A DNA stretch of 64,000 nt from a bacterium (GTDB lineage: Bacteria > Patescibacteriota > Minisyncoccia > Phycocordibacterales > UBA6899): NCBI GenBank assembly GCA_043736515.1, contig JAYTCK010000013.1:12214-76213 (forward strand), given 5' to 3'. Below the pieces are notes generated by a model that searched no databases, was not told where the DNA came from, and saw only the letters and a program-made list of their open reading frames with translations. Position numbers and translations under genes: made by a program. Shown here piece by piece: positions 35,653-45,636 of this stretch. Positions within the stretch are counted from its first letter, which is position 1, and each line of letters begins with the position of its first letter.

Positions 35653-36447
35653 TTATTTTAGTTCGATCCAAACTGGACAATGATCTGAGCCATAGATGTT
35701 TGGGGAAATTCCTGCGGAGACAAGTTTGGGCATAGCTTCAGGTGCAAGGAAAAAATAATCGATGCGCCAGCCGACATTGCGTTCTCGTGCGGCTGTTTTC
35801 ATATCCCAATAACTGTATGCTCCTTCCCTGGTCGGATAAAAATGGCGGAATGAATCAATCCAGCCTCGATATGTGAGCTCGTCAATCCACGCACGCTCCT
35901 CAGGTAGGAATCCTGTATTTTTTTCGTTCGCTTTTGGCCGCGCAAGGTCAATTTCTTCATGAGCCGTATTTACATCGCCGCAGAAAATAACTTTCTTTTT
36001 TTGCAAACGGAGTTTTTCAACATAAAGAAGAAATGCATCATAAAAATCAAGCTTATATTTGAGTCGCACTGGTCCGCCTCCGCCATTGGGGAAATAGACA
36101 TTTAAAAGGACAAGGTCACCCCAATGTCCTATAACCACGCGTCCTTCATCATCAAATCCAGGAAGTCCGATACCGTATTCAACCTTGTCAGGTTTTATTT
36201 TCGAATAAAGCGCAACGCCGCTATACCCCTTCTTTATCTTCGAATGTGAAAAATATGCAAAATATCCCTTTGGCGCACGCACTTCTTCGGGGAGCTGGCT
36301 CGGCTCAGCCTTTGTCTCCTGAAGCAGGACAATATCAGCACTGCTTTCATAAAGCCAATCCAAAAAACCTTTCTTGTGCGCAGCCCGTAGTCCGTTCACA
36401 TTCCATGAAACAAGTTTCATGGGAAACATTATATCGCAGGTGGACAC
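35653..36447 (-). CDS. xth: Exodeoxyribonuclease III (AP endonuclease)
   Basis: KLVSWNVNGLRA, LLQETK, C-terminal SDHCPV. Confidence 0.9.
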   Translation of the reverse strand: MSTCDIMFPMKLVSWNVNGLRAAHKKGFLDWLYESSADIVLLQETKAEPSQLPEEVRAPKGYFAYFSHSKIKKGYSGVALYSKIKPDKVEYGIGLPGFDDEGRVVIGHWGDLVLLNVYFPNGGGGPVRLKYKLDFYDAFLLYVEKLRLQKKKVIFCGDVNTAHEEIDLARPKANEKNTGFLPEERAWIDELTYRGWIDSFRHFYPTREGAYSYWDMKTAARERNVGWRIDYFFLAPEAMPKLVSAGISPNIYGSDHCPVWIELK

Positions 36448-36507
36448 TCTTGCGCTAACAACATTTGGACGTAATAATACGAAAGGAAGTTTAAACAGGG
36501 GTTCATC

Positions 36508-36909
36508 ATGGGCAAGATAGTGCGGTTACTACAGAAACCTACCGAATTAATCAGAGGGGAAAATCCCTACATGCCAAGTGCGAAAGTAATAGCAAAATTC
36601 CGCCTTCCGCGAAAACTTGAAATACAGCATCTTGCAAAAGTTGCTGAGACAATCGACCTCGCAGAGCTAGGAATCTGGATACCGCGGTGTCGATATCCTG
36701 AGCGCTATGAGGCTGGGGTTCGCTACGGGCTTGCGCACAATCTTCGGACAGATGTGAAAACACAATTTCGCCCCCTCTTTAGTAGCGGATTTTGTTTGGC
36801 AAAAATTTTTTACCGAACACTCGCACCGAATCACCGGCTCGCCGCTTCAGGATCATACAAGATGAAGGTCAGCCAAAACTGGCAAATAAGCACATTGAAA
36901 GAAGTTTAA
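36508..36909 (+). CDS. Hypothetical protein
   Basis: ORF only. Confidence 0.3.
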   Translation: MGKIVRLLQKPTELIRGENPYMPSAKVIAKFRLPRKLEIQHLAKVAETIDLAELGIWIPRCRYPERYEAGVRYGLAHNLRTDVKTQFRPLFSSGFCLAKIFYRTLAPNHRLAASGSYKMKVSQNWQISTLKEV

Positions 36910-36953
36910 TAGAAAATCGTCCGATGGACGATTTTTTTGTTTCACAGGAAACA

Positions 36954-37907
36954 TTACTTTCTTCGTTTGTCGTGAAACATTTTGTGAATTTCGCGTAACT
37001 TCGAATCAGTTACATGCGTGTATATTTGTGTAGTAGAAATATTGGCATGTCCGAGAAGCGCTTGTACCGACCGGAGATCAGCACCGTTTTCAAGGAGGTC
37101 GGTTGCAAAGCTGTGGCGAATAACATGCGGTGTGACTTTTTTAGAAATCCCTGCCTTGATAGCGTAGTGTTTCACAATACGTTCCACGGAGCGCGCGGTG
37201 ATACGAAGCGATGCATTCTCGTTTACGTTAGGGGGTTTACTACCGGCTTTGCCGCTCCGTCCTATGTGAATGAACAGAGCGTCATCCACATCTGTCCTTT
37301 TGTTTAGATAGTCCTTGAGGGCCTGCTTGGCTGTATCGGACAAAAAAACGACACGCACCTTTTCTCCTTTGCCACGTACGGAAAATTCATCGCGCGAAAG
37401 GTCCAAGTCGCGGGGAAGGCCGCAAAGTTCAGAAACGCGTAATCCTGTTGAAAATAGAAGCTCGAGCATTGCCTTATCCCGAAGCTCTGCAAGATTATTC
37501 CCTGCGGGAGATGCCAAGAGACGGCCTAAGTCTTGAGTACTCATGAGATCGAGCTCACGTTCTGATGTTTTTGCCAGTTCAATTCGATCGGGGGGCATGA
37601 CGTTTACGCCTTCTTTCGCGCAATACTTAAGAAACGCACGCAGTGCAATAAGGTAATAGTTTTGAGTACGTTTTTTGAGCGTTGTTCCCTGTATTCCTCG
37701 CTTCGACATGCTCGCCGGTTGTCGATTAAGCCATAAGCGATACTCGCGAATAACCTCATAGGTAATATCTTCGGGCTGCGAGAGCTTAGCGTAGGCGATA
37801 AAACGTGAAAGGTAGTGATCGTAATTCATCACTGTTTTTACGCTTCGTCCTTTTTCGATCTCTGTGTATTCAAGAAATCTACGTTTCCATTCCATAATAT
37901 CCATCAC
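36954..37907 (-). CDS. Tyrosine recombinase XerC/XerD
   Basis: R...HxxR...Y catalytic region HVIRHSFATDLLENGADLRSVQALLGHANISTTQIYTHV. Confidence 0.85.
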   Translation of the reverse strand: MMDIMEWKRRFLEYTEIEKGRSVKTVMNYDHYLSRFIAYAKLSQPEDITYEVIREYRLWLNRQPASMSKRGIQGTTLKKRTQNYYLIALRAFLKYCAKEGVNVMPPDRIELAKTSERELDLMSTQDLGRLLASPAGNNLAELRDKAMLELLFSTGLRVSELCGLPRDLDLSRDEFSVRGKGEKVRVVFLSDTAKQALKDYLNKRTDVDDALFIHIGRSGKAGSKPPNVNENASLRITARSVERIVKHYAIKAGISKKVTPHVIRHSFATDLLENGADLRSVQALLGHANISTTQIYTHVTDSKLREIHKMFHDKRRK

Positions 37908-37943
37908 ATCATTATAGTCTGTGTGTCCTACTGTGTATAACGA

Positions 37944-38138
37944 TTGAAAAAAAATATGGCGAATGTTACGATAAGTACATCACCTAAACCTATGTCGTTA
38001 GAATCATTTGTCGAAAAACAAGAAGCCTCTCCTGATAGAATCATGGACCCTTTGGGGGATGTCGATCAAAAAGTAGTCCAAGATGAGATTGATGCGAATC
38101 CACAGATTCTCGCAAATGCCGTAGAAGACCTAGTCTAA
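37944..38138 (+). CDS. Small hypothetical protein
   Basis: ORF only. Confidence 0.3.
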   Translation: MKKNMANVTISTSPKPMSLESFVEKQEASPDRIMDPLGDVDQKVVQDEIDANPQILANAVEDLV

Positions 38139-38147
38139 TTTTTTGGC

Positions 38148-38432
38148 ATGCCTATACCCACCTACACTGATAATCTTGCGAAGGAAGCAAAGAATTTGCT
38201 CAATTCGGCAAATATTACCGTTATTTCCGGAGGAAACATCTTTAGTGATGATCATGAGAGTGAGGACGTAGCAAGCATCAGCATTGAGTCGCTCAATAAA
38301 GAGCTGGCCAGCATTCAGACAAAAGCTGCTCCAGACGATGCAATTGAATTTCTTTCCGAAGAGTCACCCCACGACCTCCCGTTTGAACATTTCAAAAATA
38401 GCCTCAAGGAAGCAGCTCAAAAGACGGCCTAA
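38148..38432 (+). CDS. Small acidic hypothetical protein
   Basis: ORF only. Confidence 0.3.
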   Translation: MPIPTYTDNLAKEAKNLLNSANITVISGGNIFSDDHESEDVASISIESLNKELASIQTKAAPDDAIEFLSEESPHDLPFEHFKNSLKEAAQKTA

Positions 38433-38502
38433 GGTCGTTCCTCGGCTTTGAGAGGTGCGACCTTGAAGAAGCTGGCCGTTTTTTGCGGTACTGCTCGATA
38501 AG

Positions 38503-38562
38503 CGGCAGCCAACTTCTCCGAGGTACGACCTCCCAAGGCTGAGGTCGGACCTCAAGCTGCCT
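38503..38562. repeat. Palindromic REP-like repeat, family copy 1. A degenerate half copy precedes it at 38433-38462
   Basis: GCGGCAGCCAACTTCTCCGAGGTACGACCTCCCAAGGCTGAGGTCGGACCTCAAGCTGCC. Other copies at 59577-59630, 60111-60171 and in-CDS at 59441-59484. Confidence 0.8.
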
Positions 38563-38603
38563 AAAACTTGCGTACTTTAAATTTGTGTGCTAGGCTACAC
38601 CCC

Positions 38604-38867
38604 ATGCTTACAGTCAAGAAAAAGCAGGTCATTATCGGAAAACACCAGCGTCATGCAGAAGACACGGGTTCTCCGGAAGTGCAGGTTGCGATCATTAGCC
38701 AAAAGATCAACGAACTTGCCGCGCATTTGAAGGATAATAAGAAAGATCATCATTCGCGCCGCGGGCTTCTCAAGATGGTTTCTGATCGACGCGCACACCT
38801 GAAATATTTAAAAAAGAAGAGCGAGACGAAATACAACGCTCTGGTCAAAAAATTAGGAATTAAGTAG
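38604..38867 (+). CDS. rpsO: 30S ribosomal protein S15
   Basis: DTGSPEVQVAIISQKINELAAHLKDNKKDHHSRRGLLKMVSDRR. Start taken at the internal Met. Confidence 0.85.
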   Translation: MLTVKKKQVIIGKHQRHAEDTGSPEVQVAIISQKINELAAHLKDNKKDHHSRRGLLKMVSDRRAHLKYLKKKSETKYNALVKKLGIK

Positions 38868-38904
38868 CAATCTTCATAAACGGCGAACACTCGCTCATGA
38901 AGAT

Positions 38905-38940
38905 CAGACAACAATAATGCGCGTTTATCGCGCATTATTT
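38905..38940 (+). terminator. Intrinsic-terminator-like hairpin after rpsO
   Basis: AATAATGCGCG-TTTAT-CGCGCATTATT followed by a T-rich run. Confidence 0.6.
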
Positions 38941-39058
38941 GTTCATCTTGTATCTGTTATAATGTGTAGTGTGCGACATCGGTTTTTATAAATTTTTAAT
39001 TCGTGGGAGGCCTTCGATGAATTTTCTTTGATTATTTCCTCCCACTCTCATTTTTAAT

Positions 39059-39637
39059 ATGGCAATTATCAAACACCTGGACCAGCGTGTGGGCGTTTTC
39101 ATCGACACACAAAATCTCTACCACAGCGCAAAACATCTGTATGATGACTCTCGCGTTAATTTTAATAACATCCTCAAAGACAGCGTCGCCGGGCGAAAAC
39201 TTATTCGTGCGATGGCGTATGTAATCTCCACAAAAGGAGGGGAGGAGAGTGTCTTTTTTGATGCACTGAATAAAATCGGCATCGAAACACGCGTCAAAGA
39301 ACTCCAGGAGTTTTGGGGAGGGGCAAAAAAGGGTGACTGGGACGTTGGGCTCGCCGTTGATGCTATTACACTTGCCCCAAAACTCGACGCAGTAATCATT
39401 GCTTCCGGCGACGGAGACTTTGTGCCGCTTGTGGAATACCTGCGCGTTAATATGGGAACTCAAGTAGAGGTGATCGCTTTCGGCAAGTCAGCATCTACAA
39501 AACTTCGCGAAGCAGCAGACGATTTCTTCGACCTTTCAGACGATCCAGCATCCTATTTGATAGGCTACAAGGAAAAGCGCAGGACAAACGGAAACGGCCG
39601 AAACGGAGGCGCTACAAGACGCGCCGTGTCACTATAG
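39059..39637 (+). CDS. NYN-domain (LabA-like) putative RNase
   Basis: VGVFIDTQNLYH...DWDVGLAVDAITLA...VIIASGDGDFVPLVEYL. Confidence 0.75.
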   Translation: MAIIKHLDQRVGVFIDTQNLYHSAKHLYDDSRVNFNNILKDSVAGRKLIRAMAYVISTKGGEESVFFDALNKIGIETRVKELQEFWGGAKKGDWDVGLAVDAITLAPKLDAVIIASGDGDFVPLVEYLRVNMGTQVEVIAFGKSASTKLREAADDFFDLSDDPASYLIGYKEKRRTNGNGRNGGATRRAVSL

Positions 39638-39949
39638 AATTTACACAAAAGCTTTACTGTGTTAGCTTGGTGGAAGATGAGCCAAAGGAGTTTTCATGGA
39701 TTTCTGGATAGAAAGTGCATGGTTTCTGGCAACGGGATGCGCAATCGGTGCTGTCATCTTTGGAATAGCACTCCTTGCACAACGCAAGAAGTAACCGTGA
39801 CGCAATGCCCTCAACCGGGGGCTTTTGTTTTTGCTAATTTTTGATAGAGTGACAACATTAATGGTTGTGGCGCACAGATCATCTTGTTGAACCCAGCAGA
39901 ATAAGGAGTTCAATTCGAGAATCTGAGCGACACAAAGTAATTTTGTGTT

Positions 39950-42109
39950 ATGAAAAAAGAATCATACGAAGTAGAGATCGGTGGCAAAAAACTTATTGCG
40001 GAGTTTAATGACCTTGCAGATCAAGCGCATGGATCAGTGATGATCCGTTATGGGAACACCGTCATACTTGCAACGACAGTAATGTCGAACAAAAAACGTG
40101 AGGGTGGAGACTTCTTCCCGCTCACGGTTGATTATGAGGAGCGGTTTTATGCCGCAGGGCAAATTCTCGGAAGTCGCTTTATGCGACGCGAAGGCAGGCC
40201 CTCGGATGCAGCAGTGCTTTCGGGTCGTATCATTGATCGCACCATTCGCCCTCTTTTTGACGGACGTATTCGCTACGACGTACAAGTGGTTATTACGGTA
40301 CTTTCTATCGATGATAATGAGCCCGACATCCTCGCAGTCAACGGTGCATCACTCGCCCTTGCGACATCAGACATTCCCTTTGACGGACCCGTCTCTGCAA
40401 TTCGTGTCGCACGACAAAATGGTAAGTGGGTCACTCTTCCGTCATTCAAAGTTGAGGAAGGTCACGAGGTCATCGACGGGGACTGTGAACTTGTTGTGTG
40501 CGGAAAGGATGGCAATGTAAACATGATTGAAATGGGTGGAAAAGAAATTCCGGAAGATGCGGTGATGGAAGGACTCGCGTATGCAAGTGCGGAAATCGAA
40601 AAGCTGCAAAAATTTCAAAAGGAAGTCGTTGCAAAACGCGGGAAAGCAAAGCGCGCTATTGTGCTTGATGAGATTGGTGATGATATCAAAGCTCTGTTCG
40701 CGGAAAAAATCGCTCCGAAATTTGAAGCATCTATTTGGGGGGAGGCGGGCCGCGCGCGTGAATATGCACTCCTTGAAGAGTGGCTCTTGTCTGTAAAGGA
40801 GGTAGAAGGAATGAATGTGAAACTTGCAGAACAATACTTCGATGATGCAGTGAATGATCTCCTCCACACAAAAGCCATCAATGAGAACAAGCGCCCTGAT
40901 GGTCGCGGGTTTGATGACGTGCGACCGCTCTTTGCACAAGCAGGAGAAGTATCTCCCGTCTTGCACGGAACAGGAATTTTTTATCGTGGAGGAACTCATG
41001 TACTCTCCGTCTTAACCCTTGGCGGACCGCAAGATTCACAAATTGTTGAGGGTATGGAAGTGCAGGGCAAGAAACGCTATATGCATCATTACAACTTCCC
41101 ACCGTTCTCCTCAGGTGAGACGGGTCGCATGGGGGGCATGAACCGCCGCGCAATAGGCCATGGTGCACTCGCAGAGAAGGCGCTCATGCCTGTGTTGCCT
41201 GAAAAAGAGGCTTTCCCTTACACTATTCGCATCGTCTCAGAATCAATGGCTTCGAACGGTTCTACATCAATGGCCTCGGTGTGTGGTTCAACACTTGCAC
41301 TCATGGATGCCGGTGTACCTATCACAAGCCCAGTCGCTGGTATTGCATCCGGACTTATGATGGAGTCAGCAACAAAGTATAAAGTACTTACCGACATTCA
41401 AGGCCCTGAGGACCATCATGGGGATATGGACTTTAAAGTAGCGGGAACAAAGAACGGGGTCACAGCAATACAAATGGATGTAAAGGTTGGAGGTATTCCG
41501 CTTCCGATACTTAAAGAGGCATTTGAAAAAGCAAAAGCTGCACGTATCACCATCCTTGCGACAATGAAAGCCGCAATTGACGCTCCACGAGGTGATATTT
41601 CTCCCTACGCACCAAAGATCGTCGTGATAAAGATCAAGCCCGATCAAATCGGCATGGTCATCGGATCGGGCGGCAAGACAGTAAATGAAATTCGTGAAAT
41701 GACCGGAGCTGAGATCGATATTGAAGATGACGGCACAGTATTCTGCACCGGAAAAAATGGTAGTGCTGAGAAAGCGCGTGATATCATCGCAGAGATGACG
41801 CATGAATATCAGCCGGGGGAAATGTTTAAGGGTGTTGTTACTCGCCTTATGGACTTTGGTGCGTTCGTGAAAATCGGGCACAGCGCAGAAGGTTTGGTGC
41901 ATGTTTCCGAGATTGCATCATTCCGCGTCGAGCGCGTCACTGACTATATTAAGGAGGGAATGGAAGTTCCCGTTGTCGTGAAAGAAGTTGACGAAAAAGG
42001 ACGCATCAACCTCTCAATAAAGCGAGCCGATGCAAATTTCTTTCAACAAAAAGATACTCCACCATCCCCAACCGCACGACCATTCACCCCAAAACCACCG
42101 ACTCAATAA
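39950..42109 (+). CDS. pnp: Polyribonucleotide nucleotidyltransferase (PNPase)
   Basis: Two RNase PH domains, KH (IGSGGKTVNEI) and S1 domains. Confidence 0.95.
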   Translation: MKKESYEVEIGGKKLIAEFNDLADQAHGSVMIRYGNTVILATTVMSNKKREGGDFFPLTVDYEERFYAAGQILGSRFMRREGRPSDAAVLSGRIIDRTIRPLFDGRIRYDVQVVITVLSIDDNEPDILAVNGASLALATSDIPFDGPVSAIRVARQNGKWVTLPSFKVEEGHEVIDGDCELVVCGKDGNVNMIEMGGKEIPEDAVMEGLAYASAEIEKLQKFQKEVVAKRGKAKRAIVLDEIGDDIKALFAEKIAPKFEASIWGEAGRAREYALLEEWLLSVKEVEGMNVKLAEQYFDDAVNDLLHTKAINENKRPDGRGFDDVRPLFAQAGEVSPVLHGTGIFYRGGTHVLSVLTLGGPQDSQIVEGMEVQGKKRYMHHYNFPPFSSGETGRMGGMNRRAIGHGALAEKALMPVLPEKEAFPYTIRIVSESMASNGSTSMASVCGSTLALMDAGVPITSPVAGIASGLMMESATKYKVLTDIQGPEDHHGDMDFKVAGTKNGVTAIQMDVKVGGIPLPILKEAFEKAKAARITILATMKAAIDAPRGDISPYAPKIVVIKIKPDQIGMVIGSGGKTVNEIREMTGAEIDIEDDGTVFCTGKNGSAEKARDIIAEMTHEYQPGEMFKGVVTRLMDFGAFVKIGHSAEGLVHVSEIASFRVERVTDYIKEGMEVPVVVKEVDEKGRINLSIKRADANFFQQKDTPPSPTARPFTPKPPTQ

Positions 42110-42144
42110 TATGGAAGAAAACATCCGCCCCTCATAACAGGCGG

Positions 42145-43080
42145 ATGTTTTGTTGTATGCGAGCAAACACAGCGTATAATAAGCGAATGAAGGAAATCTC
42201 GTATGATGATTCACTGTTTAAAAACAAAGAATCAGAGTGGCTTAAAAAACATAAACAACGGATCCCTCCGCCTGTTTCTCCTTTACCGCCACAGGAAGTG
42301 GCAATAAAAGAAGTAGCAGTACCTGCTGCACTAGTGAGACCGGTCGCTCATACCGTTACAGAGGACGAAGAGCACCATTTTGGTTTAATTATTTTTGTGC
42401 TCACTCTTGTGCTCGCCTTCGGAATCGGAGTAGGAGCGTATGTACTTATTGGGATAAATAAGAAACGTGTTGCTGTCGACGAAACGCCTGTAGTTGAGAA
42501 GATCGCCACCAACGATGTCCAGTATACCAACATACTGTTAAGCAACTCTCCTCGTGCTCAAGTCCTTGTTGACGTTGCCCTCGCTTTTAAAAATACATCA
42601 CTCACAGAGAGTGGTGTGCACCATGTTGCGTTCATGGAGAGCACCACAAAAGAGACTACGCGACCGGCAACAGTGCGCGAGCTCTTCGGAGCGATACGCG
42701 TTGAACGTGTCTCTGACGCACTCTTCAATTCTCTGGAAGACAGCTTGAAATATGAAATCTATTCAGATCCAGTGCCTGCAGGCAAACTTATTTTGTCATC
42801 CCGAGGAAGTGCGCATACATTTGGTGCATTCTTTGACTGGGAAGCGGGCATGGTCCGAACGCTTGTTCCACTCCTCCATCCCATACAACCCACAAGTTAT
42901 CTGAAGGACCTTGAGGGGAGGAAATTCCATGATGAACGCATTGGCACGATCGACGCTCGGGTCCTCTTTGATGGGGGAGAAAATGTTGTGCTTATCTACG
43001 GATTTATTGATCCTAAAACATTCGTTATTGCTGGAAGTAGAGAGGCTTTTTTCAAAGAAAGTTCAAAAATTGAGAAATAA
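42145..43080 (+). CDS. Hypothetical membrane-anchored protein
   Basis: Single TM (FGLIIFVLTLVLAFGIGVGAYVLIGI). The start codon is uncertain. Confidence 0.4.
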   Translation: MFCCMRANTAYNKRMKEISYDDSLFKNKESEWLKKHKQRIPPPVSPLPPQEVAIKEVAVPAALVRPVAHTVTEDEEHHFGLIIFVLTLVLAFGIGVGAYVLIGINKKRVAVDETPVVEKIATNDVQYTNILLSNSPRAQVLVDVALAFKNTSLTESGVHHVAFMESTTKETTRPATVRELFGAIRVERVSDALFNSLEDSLKYEIYSDPVPAGKLILSSRGSAHTFGAFFDWEAGMVRTLVPLLHPIQPTSYLKDLEGRKFHDERIGTIDARVLFDGGENVVLIYGFIDPKTFVIAGSREAFFKESSKIEK

Positions 43081-43137
43081 TAAAACGGAAATGGCCGTGT
43101 TTGCATCCTTTATACACATTGCGTATGATGGGCAGAT

Positions 43138-43494
43138 ATGGATACAGCACAATACAAGGAATCACTTTTAACGGAGCTGGCACTGCTTAAAAAAGAACTG
43201 GAGAATGTCGGCCGCATTAATCCGGATAATCAAAATGACTGGGAGCCAGTTGCAAACGACCTCAATATTGATACAGCCGAAGATGAGGAGCGAGCTGCCG
43301 GTATTATTGATTTTGAAGCACAGAGTGCAGTAGAGTTTACCCTCGAAGAGCGATTCAATAAAGTAAAAGCTGCGCTCGAGCGCATCGAGAACAACAACTA
43401 TGGTCTCTGCCGTGTGTGCAAAGAGCGAGTTGAAGATGCGCGTCTTCGCGTAAACCCTTCTGCCGAAACGTGTATCGCTCACAGGGATAACTAA
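43138..43494 (+). CDS. DksA/TraR-family zinc-finger protein
   Basis: Coiled-coil N-terminus. C-terminal CRVC...C motif. Confidence 0.55.
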   Translation: MDTAQYKESLLTELALLKKELENVGRINPDNQNDWEPVANDLNIDTAEDEERAAGIIDFEAQSAVEFTLEERFNKVKAALERIENNNYGLCRVCKERVEDARLRVNPSAETCIAHRDN

Positions 43495-45089
43495 TGAGTA
43501 TGGTAGCGAAAGTATACTCAGCCCAACCGACAATATTCGGTGCACATCCGATCACTATCGAGGCGGATCTCGCAAAAGGTCTCCACGCGTTTACCATTGT
43601 CGGACTTGCCGATAAAGCCGTGGATGAATCGCGCGACCGCGTGAGTGCTGCCATCAAAAATTCCGGATGGAAGTCTCCCAAACAACGCAATCAAAAAATT
43701 ACCGTTGCACTTGCGCCTGCTGATCTTAAAAAGTCTGGACCCCTTTTTGATCTCCCCATTGCACTCTGCTATCTGCTTGCGGCCAATGATATTCGATTTA
43801 ATTCTGCAGAAAAACTTTTTGTTGGTGAGCTTGCACTCGACGGAGCAGTGCGGGGTGTCCGTGGAGTCCTCGCGATTGCTTCTGAGGCAAAGAGGCGCGG
43901 AATAAAAGAACTCTATGTCCCAAAAGAAAATGCCGAAGAAGCGGCGCTAGTATCTGGCATTACGGTATATCCTGTCACGTCGCTTTACGAAATCATTGCG
44001 CATCTCTCACCAACCAGCAACATCGCGCATGAAGAGGGCGAAGAGAGGGTAGGTATCGTGCTGAAGCGAATCGACCCAATGCCCCACACCAAGCTTACGC
44101 ACAAGGAAATAAAAACTGCGGACCGTTCGTTTGCGGATATTCGCGGACAAGAAGTTGCAAAGCGTGGGCTCATGATCGCCGCGGCGGGTGGCCACAATAT
44201 CGCAATGTGGGGACCGCCCGGTACAGGTAAGTCCATGCTCTCCAAGGCATTTACCGAACTTCTTCCACCGCTCTCGGAAGCTGAGGCTCTTGAAGTAACG
44301 GCGATACATTCAATTGCAGGCCAACTCAAAGAGAGTATCATCGCGCTACCGCCTTTTCGCTCTCCGCATCATACTGCCTCATACGTATCTGTCGTTGGTG
44401 GGGGGACTACTCCCAAGCCTGGTGAAGTCACGCTTGCACACCATGGTGTACTTTTTCTTGATGAGTTCCCTGAATTTGATAAACGCGTACTTGAATCGCT
44501 ACGTCAACCGCTTGAGGAGGGCATTGTGCACATCTCGCGCGCCAAGGGTTCCGAGCAATTCCCAGCCCGTTTTATTCTGGTCGCAGCAATGAACCCTTGC
44601 CCGTGCGGATACTTCGGTGACCCGAAGAAGCAATGCGCATGCAATCCCGCACAGATCACACGTTACCAACGCAAAGTATCAGGACCGATTGTGGACCGCA
44701 TCGACCTCTGGATCGAAGTTCCGCGTCTTCCACACAGCACTCTTGCGCCGGGAAAACGCGATGTAAATGCACACAAACAATTTGATGAGTTTACCAAAAA
44801 AATTCTCTCTGCACGGCATCATCAAGCAAATCGTTTTGCCGGCAATGAGAAAGTGAAGCTCAATGCGCATATGGGAGTACGTGATATCGACCGCATGATC
44901 AAACTCACTGACAAAGTAACAACACTATTAAACGATAGCGCAAAACGTCTCGATCTTTCACCGCGCGCATATCACCGTATTATTAAGCTCGCGCGCACGA
45001 TTGCCGATCTCGACGAATCCCGTTATGTTGGAGAAGCACACATCCTTGAGGCACTGCAGTACCGCCCTAAACGCTTATTCGCATCATAA
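43494..45089 (+). CDS. Mg-chelatase-like AAA ATPase YifB/ComM
   Basis: Lon-like N-terminal domain, Walker A GPPGTGKSM, C-terminal Mg-chelatase region. Confidence 0.85.
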   Translation: MSMVAKVYSAQPTIFGAHPITIEADLAKGLHAFTIVGLADKAVDESRDRVSAAIKNSGWKSPKQRNQKITVALAPADLKKSGPLFDLPIALCYLLAANDIRFNSAEKLFVGELALDGAVRGVRGVLAIASEAKRRGIKELYVPKENAEEAALVSGITVYPVTSLYEIIAHLSPTSNIAHEEGEERVGIVLKRIDPMPHTKLTHKEIKTADRSFADIRGQEVAKRGLMIAAAGGHNIAMWGPPGTGKSMLSKAFTELLPPLSEAEALEVTAIHSIAGQLKESIIALPPFRSPHHTASYVSVVGGGTTPKPGEVTLAHHGVLFLDEFPEFDKRVLESLRQPLEEGIVHISRAKGSEQFPARFILVAAMNPCPCGYFGDPKKQCACNPAQITRYQRKVSGPIVDRIDLWIEVPRLPHSTLAPGKRDVNAHKQFDEFTKKILSARHHQANRFAGNEKVKLNAHMGVRDIDRMIKLTDKVTTLLNDSAKRLDLSPRAYHRIIKLARTIADLDESRYVGEAHILEALQYRPKRLFAS

Positions 45090-45104
45090 TCGACCCGCAA
45101 AAAC

Positions 45105-45620
45105 ATGGAAGAACAAATAATTACCGTAAACGAAAAAGATGAGCCGATCGGAACAATGGGGAAACTTGAAGCCCACCAAAAAGGAATGCTTCATCGCGCA
45201 TTTTCAATTTTCATAAAAAATAACGAGGGGAAGTTTTTACTCCAGCTGCGTGCAAAAACCAAATACCATAGCGGCGGGCTCTGGACGAACACCTGCTGCG
45301 GCCACCCTAAAGCGGGGGAAGAGACCTTGGCTGCGGCCCACCGCCGACTCCGTGAAGAAATGGGTTTTGATTGTAATCTCGAAGAAGTGTTTGTTTTTCA
45401 CTATCAGACTGCGCTCGAGCGTGGGTTACAAGAAAATGAAATCGACCACGTATTTGTTGGGACTTATGATCAAGAGCCGAATATCAATCCTGAAGAGGCA
45501 GAAGATTGGGCGTGGATGACGCGTGTGGAAATCGAGAAAGATATTGCAGAACGACCTCAAAAATATACATACTGGTTTGGGATCGCAATACAAAAAGCAA
45601 AAGAAGGAGGTTTCTTTTAG
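45105..45620 (+). CDS. idi: Isopentenyl-diphosphate delta-isomerase type 1 (Nudix fold)
   Basis: GMLHRAFSIFIKNNEGKFLLQLRA...TNTCCGHPKAGE...RRLREEMG. Confidence 0.85.
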   Translation: MEEQIITVNEKDEPIGTMGKLEAHQKGMLHRAFSIFIKNNEGKFLLQLRAKTKYHSGGLWTNTCCGHPKAGEETLAAAHRRLREEMGFDCNLEEVFVFHYQTALERGLQENEIDHVFVGTYDQEPNINPEEAEDWAWMTRVEIEKDIAERPQKYTYWFGIAIQKAKEGGFF

Positions 45621-45636
45621 CACCCACATTTATAAA

